A stretch of 43,175 nt of DNA from Octopus sinensis. Taxonomy: Eukaryota. The position numbers were made by a program, and so were the translations under genes. The notes under the pieces are model-generated. The model was not told the origin of the DNA. It worked only from the letters and a program-made list of their open reading frames with translations, and did no database searches. Of the stretch, positions 37,203 through 43,175 are shown one piece after another. Position 1 is the stretch's first letter, and each line of letters begins with the position of its first letter. Location: NCBI RefSeq assembly GCF_006345805.1, contig NW_021835351.1:1-43175 (forward strand), written 5' to 3'.

Positions 37203-38868
37203 CCCGAAGTTGTTTCCCTTGATTAGTAATGATTTTAGTAGCAGAAAATGCATATTATGTTTAGCCGTGTGTGTGTGTGTGTGCGTGCGTAAGGACCAGA
37301 TTGTATTGGAAAGTCCATGCAGCATATGCTGGGATTGAGGTTGAAAAGGAGGATTAATTAAGATTATTAGCCAATGGTCGCAGTTCCCCATCGGATTTCC
37401 AGATGTGACACTCTGTGATTACGAGTGTTGAATTTCACTCAGATTATGTCTATTGGTCGGTTATTATATTAGAAAACAGTACTTTAAGTTAGCGAATAGT
37501 GGGATAGAAACACAAATCACGTTACTGAGAAAAAAAATTCTTAATCTCACAGCGACACTTCTCTCCACAATGTACAGAACAAATTTAAAATATGAAACAA
37601 AAATCGCAGAAATTTGCTGGATTTAGCAATACAATAAGAAAATGAAGCCAACAATATTTGCTGCTTTTTCCAATTATTTTTGGTATATAAAAAACATTAT
37701 TGCTTAGATTCAACATGAAAGAATTTCAATGCCTTCTTTTCTTATCAAGATTATATTCTTGTGCAAAGTTTCTGATTTTTAACTTATATCTAGTCATCTC
37801 AATACTATGAAAGCTTTAAAATAGAAATCAACCTCGAAGACACTAACCTATATATACACAGACACAAACGAACGTACACATTCATACATACACATTCACG
37901 CGCATTCACCTATATATATATATACGTTTGTGTGCATATATATGGGTTCATATGTAAATGCATACATTTACGAACATAGTTGCATATCCATGTGTTTATA
38001 CATACATATTACTTATATGTGGCTATTGGGTATGTACGTGTGTTCGTATGAATGTATCTGAGTGTATATCCGTGTCTGTATGTGTGTGTGTGCACGCATT
38101 GAGTGTACCTTTGTACGTTTCTTTTACAATACCACACGTTCACATATCTGTGTATCTGCATTGTGTATTATATATATATATAAATATATACAATCGCAAG
38201 CATTGTTGATCTATTGGGGCTGATCAATGCGCTGCATAGTGAAACCGGATGTTAAATACCAGCACGGTTAAGTAATACCGTGTGCTCTTCAGAGCTTATT
38301 CATGTAAGGAAAAATATATAGCGATTGCGCTCCGTTGCTGGAGGCCAAAATGCCCATCCAGTTTATGGATACTAGAAAACGAGAAGAAACGAAGCTTCAG
38401 GATGTGAACTGAGCGAGAGTGATACCAATACTGATGTCACATGACCCTAAATAACCTTTGGGATCGTGTAAGGCTCCACACGTTTTCTGGGAATATATGT
38501 AGGGATTTCCTATGTGTACGTCTTTGGAGAACGAATGGGAGTCCTGGGTGGGTGTCCGAAAGCTGAAGCTCATGTTTGTGTGTGTATGTTTCTGTGAGAT
38601 CATTTGTGTGCCTTGTTTAAAATTTTGGCTGGGTACTGGGACGGCAGGGAGGAAGGAGAAGAACCATGGGATGATAGCCATGGCGAGGATCGTATGTACG
38701 GCAAAATATACTCCCAATCATATGGGTAAGGACGAAAATGTCTCCATTCTGCAGACGGGTTATATGTACGAGCGCAGAGAATGTAATAAAGTGGTTCCTT
38801 TCTCAGCTAAGCATAATATGCATTTTCTGCTACTAAAATCATTACAAATCAAGGGAAACCAATTCGGG
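37203..38868. mobile_element. Putative 1.67-kb DNA transposon derivative with 63-bp terminal inverted repeats, superfamily unassigned
   Basis: 37203-37265 and 38806-38868 are reverse complements with 4 mismatches in 63; flanks CCAACTG / CCAACGG. Confidence 0.55.
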
Positions 38869-39239
38869 CCAACGGTTATAAGTTTTGATACCACGCTTCC
38901 TTCAATCGCTTTATTACGTTTGCTTTCACAGCACATGAAAACCAAGAACGGAAAGCAGTTGCAATATTTATTTGCTATATCTGTCAGCAGCGGTTATCAA
39001 AATACTTTAACGTAATGAATTTTACGAAATTCCAGAAAAACCAAAAGGAATATATGTATATACGAAGATATTCGTGCATTTATATATTTATACATTTATA
39101 CACATATATTTGTTACAGTATATAAAATTTTGCACATATCCTTACATACGTGCATACATACATACACATACACAAATAATTTTGTATATAATGCACAAGT
39201 ATATACATACACAAACAACACACAACACACCCACATACC

Positions 39240-39305
<66 letters not shown>

Positions 39306-39684
39306 AATAACACACAAATATATATATATATATACATCCTTGCACATTACGCTCTTTACTATACAATGAATACTTGAATATTTTACTTATAACTATAGTT
39401 TTACTGAAAAGAAAATTTAAAGACAAACAAATTATATCATATCTCAACATCTTATTTATTTATTATTTATTAGATCTTGCAATATTTCAATTGCATAAAG
39501 ATTTCAATCTGTTAGATGTCATCAGTGCAATTGGGAATTTGAATTTAAAAGAGAAAATTATATTTGTGAAGATATGGAAATAAGAGAAATAGAGAGTAAC
39601 ATCTCGTTGAGAGGATATTTGTAGGTACGGTATACTCCGCCATGTCATGCAGATTATATATATTTATATATGGTCTTTTATTAT

Positions 39685-39810
39685 TTTATTTGTTTCAGTC
39701 ATTTGACCGCGGTTACGATGGAGCACCGCATGTTATTGAACAAATCGACCCCAGCACTTTTCTATCGGTCTCTTTTGCCGAACCGCTAATGTTACGGGTA
39801 CGTAAACACG
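39685..39810. mobile_element. SINE fragment (CAGTCATTTGACTGCGGCC family)
   Basis: TTTCAGTCATTTGACCGCGG...CAAATCGACCCCAGCAC...CTATCGGTCTCTTTTGCCGAACCGCTAA. Confidence 0.75.
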
Positions 39811-40194
39811 CCATCATCATATGTATTTGTGTGTGTGTTTGTATGTATGTATGTATATATATATATATATATTTATATGTTTGTACGTATGTATATTTGT
39901 ATGTGATGTGTGCGTATGCGTACAGGCGTATACATATCTATCTGCATGTATATATATATGTTATATTTTTTCTACAGTCAATTATACAGCGTATTGGTAA
40001 AATAAGAAGCATGCAGATATGTTCTTCTTATCTATTGTAATTGCTTTGGTTTTACAATCCATAAAATATTCCTAATCCAGGAGCGAATCCAGGATATATC
40101 TATCAGATGGTTTACAGTGGGATTGCTCACCATAAGTAATCCTAGATGCTCCTTTATATTTATGATATACACACATGTAATATAAATAGTATAT

Positions 40195-40233
<39 letters not shown>

Positions 40234-40250
40234 ATATATAAAGAGAGATC

Positions 40251-40287
<37 letters not shown>

Positions 40288-40382
40288 TTAATAGATAGAT
40301 AGATAGATATTTGTGTGTGTACATATATACACGAACACACACACATTTAACTATGCATCTATATAAGTGTTTGTCTATATAT

Positions 40383-40414
<32 letters not shown>

Positions 40415-41304
40415 GTACGTATCTAAGTAAGTGTGTTTATGTGTTTTTGTGTGTCCCTGTGTGTGTATCCGAGTGTGTAATGGATATTCCTATTTCACTT
40501 CAGGTTTTACGAAAAGATCTGGAATTCCAGCTGTTTATTGGCACCCTATAATTAGGGTAGTAATCATGGATCCTTTATTGGATTTAACTCAGCGAAGAAG
40601 ATTGCTTCCATCCATTGTTATACAATAAGCTGCTTGTATTTATTCCACGCGATAATATTCAAATCTCGTACGCGATTCAGTTTATTGTGGTTGGATGTCA
40701 GATCAATTTCGAATTTCACCTTGAAAGAGAATTTCCATTTGGATTTGTAGATATGGAGATCAGATAAGTTCAGAGTTGTTTTCAGAAGAATACCGATCCC
40801 AAAGAATTATTAACAAAGGGATTTTCAGTTTCTATGTGTGTCCGGAAGACATTGCAACCTTCTTAGAGATAAAGCAACTATCTTCTTTTACAGAAAGAGT
40901 GCCAATTTTCTCCGTGGATCTAAACCCTAAAAGGGTTAAAAGACAACCATGTAAATGATAAGAGTCAATCTCACTAATGACCGCTACGCTTTTGGCGCAA
41001 ACACCTACATAACCACCAAGATAAGTGTATTCTTAACAATTCTATTCATTTTCACTCTCCATTAATCTAGTTTCTATTTCTATTGCTGTAATTACAAATA
41101 AAATATTTTGCAATGAACTGAACGCTACTGTAAATTCATTTGATCTCTATTAGCTCACACATATCGATGTCATTTACGTTTAAATTTAAGACTGCGCGCA
41201 AAGAGGAGGCTTCGTGTATAACTAGCTTACGTACGCGATTTACAGAATAAGAGATTTTGCCTACCCCTGAGCTAAATTATAATATAAAACATACAACGAA
41301 AGAT

Positions 41305-41550
41305 TAAGCTTACAGGTCGTAAGTTCAATTCCCGACGGCGCGGTATATCCTTGAACAAAACACTGTATTTTATGTTGTTTCAATCCACTCGGCTGGCAAA
41401 AATGAGTGGTAGTGGCTGTATTTCAAAGGGACAACCTTGAAACGGTGTCACACTGAGTCTCCTTGAAATCTCAATCAAGGGTACAAATGTTTGTGGGGTG
41501 CTCAGTCACGTGTACGTTTATTACACGAGCAGACTGTTCCGTTGATCGCA
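41305..41550 (+). mobile_element. tRNA-derived SINE, cut at its 3' side by the next SINE
   Basis: B-box-like GGTCGTAAGTTCAATTCCCG; TTGAACAAAACACTGTATTTTATGTTG; ends CTGTTCCGTTGATCGCATC. Confidence 0.6.
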
Positions 41551-41552
41551 TC

Positions 41553-41778
41553 TTTACTACCCACAAGGAGCTAAACAGAGACAGGATAAACAAGGACAGA
41601 CAAACGGATTAAGCCGATTATATCGACCCCAGTGCGTAACTGGTACTTAATTTATCGATCCCGAAAGGATGAAAGGCAAAGTCGACCTCGGCGGAATTTG
41701 AACTTAGAACGTAACGGCATACGAAATAACGCTAAGCATTTTGCCCGGCGTGCTAATGATTCTGCCAGCTCGCCGCCA
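41553..41778 (-). mobile_element. Relatively young Deu/Nin-domain-type tRNA SINE
   Basis: Near-copy of 33697-33915, including the tail CTACCCACA.G.GCTAAACA. Confidence 0.85.
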
Positions 41779-42109
41779 TCTTATCACACGGTCGCCCGAA
41801 TTAAGATATAATCTGGAGAAAAAAAACTAGAAAGAAAGAAAACAAAAATAAAATAACAAAGTGAGGATGTAGGACAGTATTAATAAGTCGCTCAGAGAAG
41901 AGAAAGTGTGGTTGCTTTAGGTTTCGAGCATGGCTCTTTTTCGGAACAGGAAACATAGGTAAATTGAAAGGAAATGAAAGAGAGAGGAAAATAATCGCCA
42001 ACAGTCCACGTTTAGTTGCATTTTTGAAATGTAACTACATTTTTTAAAATGTCACTAGATGTGAAATTTTGGCGATATTTTTCCTCTTTATTTCGTTTCG
42101 AAATGAGAT

Positions 42110-42210
42110 TATATGTTTTACTCAAAAACTCAATGCACCACCCGTTTCGTTCAGGAACTGAAACTAGGATTTTGTAATCGGGAGTGTAATACCTTAACCA
42201 CCAAGCCATA
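42110..42210 (-). mobile_element. SINE head remnant
   Basis: Minus read TATGGCTTGGTGGTTAAGGTATTACACTCCCGATTACAAAATCCTAGTTTCAGTTCC (tRNA-like A/B boxes). Confidence 0.5.
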
Positions 42211-42444
42211 AGCTTTCTCTTTCTCTTTCTCTCTCTCTCTTTCTCTCTCTCTCTCTTTATCTCTCTCTCACACACACACGCACACACACTCTCTCTCTTT
42301 TGATCTATCTATCTCTCACACGTAGACACACACGCTCAGACACACTAACTACATGCACGCACACCGACAGAAACCAACACACACAAATACAGACACACAC
42401 ACGTACTCAGATGTACTCTCTCACACACACACACACACAAGAAG

Positions 42445-42525
42445 AACTCTTTTTGAGTTAGTGTCAACAAGGTCCACTCATAATTACTTCGTGGGCCGAG
42501 GACTATGCTAGAGGACACTTGGTGA
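42445..42525 (-). mobile_element. SINE body remnant
   Basis: Minus read AAGTGTCCTCTAGCATAGTCCTCGGCCCACGAAG, related to GTGTCTTCTACTATAGCCTCGGGCCGACCAAAG-type bodies (4880, 29980). Confidence 0.5.
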
Positions 42526-42534
42526 AAATGAGAG

Positions 42535-42705
42535 ACATACATATACGTATAGGCATACATAAATACATACATACATACATACATACATACATACATACAT
42601 ACATACATAAATACATACATATGTACATCATACATACATACATACATACATACATACATACTACATACATACATAAATCATACATAATTGTACATACATA
42701 CATAC

Positions 42706-42736
<31 letters not shown>

Positions 42737-43040
42737 CATAACATACATCATACATACATAAATACATACATATGTACATACATACATACATACATACACA
42801 TACATACATACATACATAAATACATACATATGTACATACATACATACATACATACATACATACATACATACGTACACATACTACATACATATATACATAC
42901 ATACATACCTACATACTACATACATACATACATACATGCATACATACATAAATACATACATATGTACATACATACATACACACATACATACATACATACA
43001 TACATACATACATACATACATACATACATACATACGTACA
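42535..43040. repeat. ~500-bp (CATA)n array
   Basis: Directly visible. Confidence 0.95.
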
Positions 43041-43175
43041 TGCATGTATCTGTATGAGAACAGACACAGAATGTTACTTAGTTCGGTTTCATTGAACAAT
43101 ACTAGTAAACAAAATAGCAACTATTTGTTGGAGCAAACAGTCGCTGTACATAAATAACGGATTAAGTCAAATCAA

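Noticed and set aside
38512-39015. 167-aa ORF as a host gene or transposase
   Set aside because: No recognisable domain or catalytic motif; it reads through the right inverted repeat.
40496-40960. Unique segment with acceptor-like sites and ~60-codon frames
   Set aside because: All frames have stops and no protein family is recognised.

Overview
AT-rich eukaryotic genomic DNA, most likely from a coleoid cephalopod (Octopus-like). This is inferred from the very dense (TA)n/(CA)n/(GATA)n/(CATA)n microsatellites and from SINE/LINE families I recall from octopus genomes. No host gene can be named, and almost all long ORFs in the track are microsatellite artefacts. Recognisable coding sequence is all transposon-derived: a ~3 kb 5'-truncated Tx1/L1-clade LINE inside a (GATA)n array, a Dong/R4-like restriction-like-endonuclease (RLE) fragment in (TAA)n, CR1-like endonuclease and C-terminal fragments, an RTE-like 3' end, and four Tc1/mariner remnants. 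There are also many tRNA-derived SINEs, a Helitron-like 5' end and several MITEs. The most interesting signals are three short repeats with degenerate hammerhead-ribozyme folds (3605, 23618, 36583), a diverged ~112-bp-period array with conserved motif blocks (15160-16480), an unclassified 1.67 kb element with 63-bp inverted ends (37203-38868), and a candidate signal-peptide first exon (26435-26567, minus). Two tandem duplications differ mainly by 1-bp indels and may be long-read assembly artefacts. All assignments are by eye; no database search was run.
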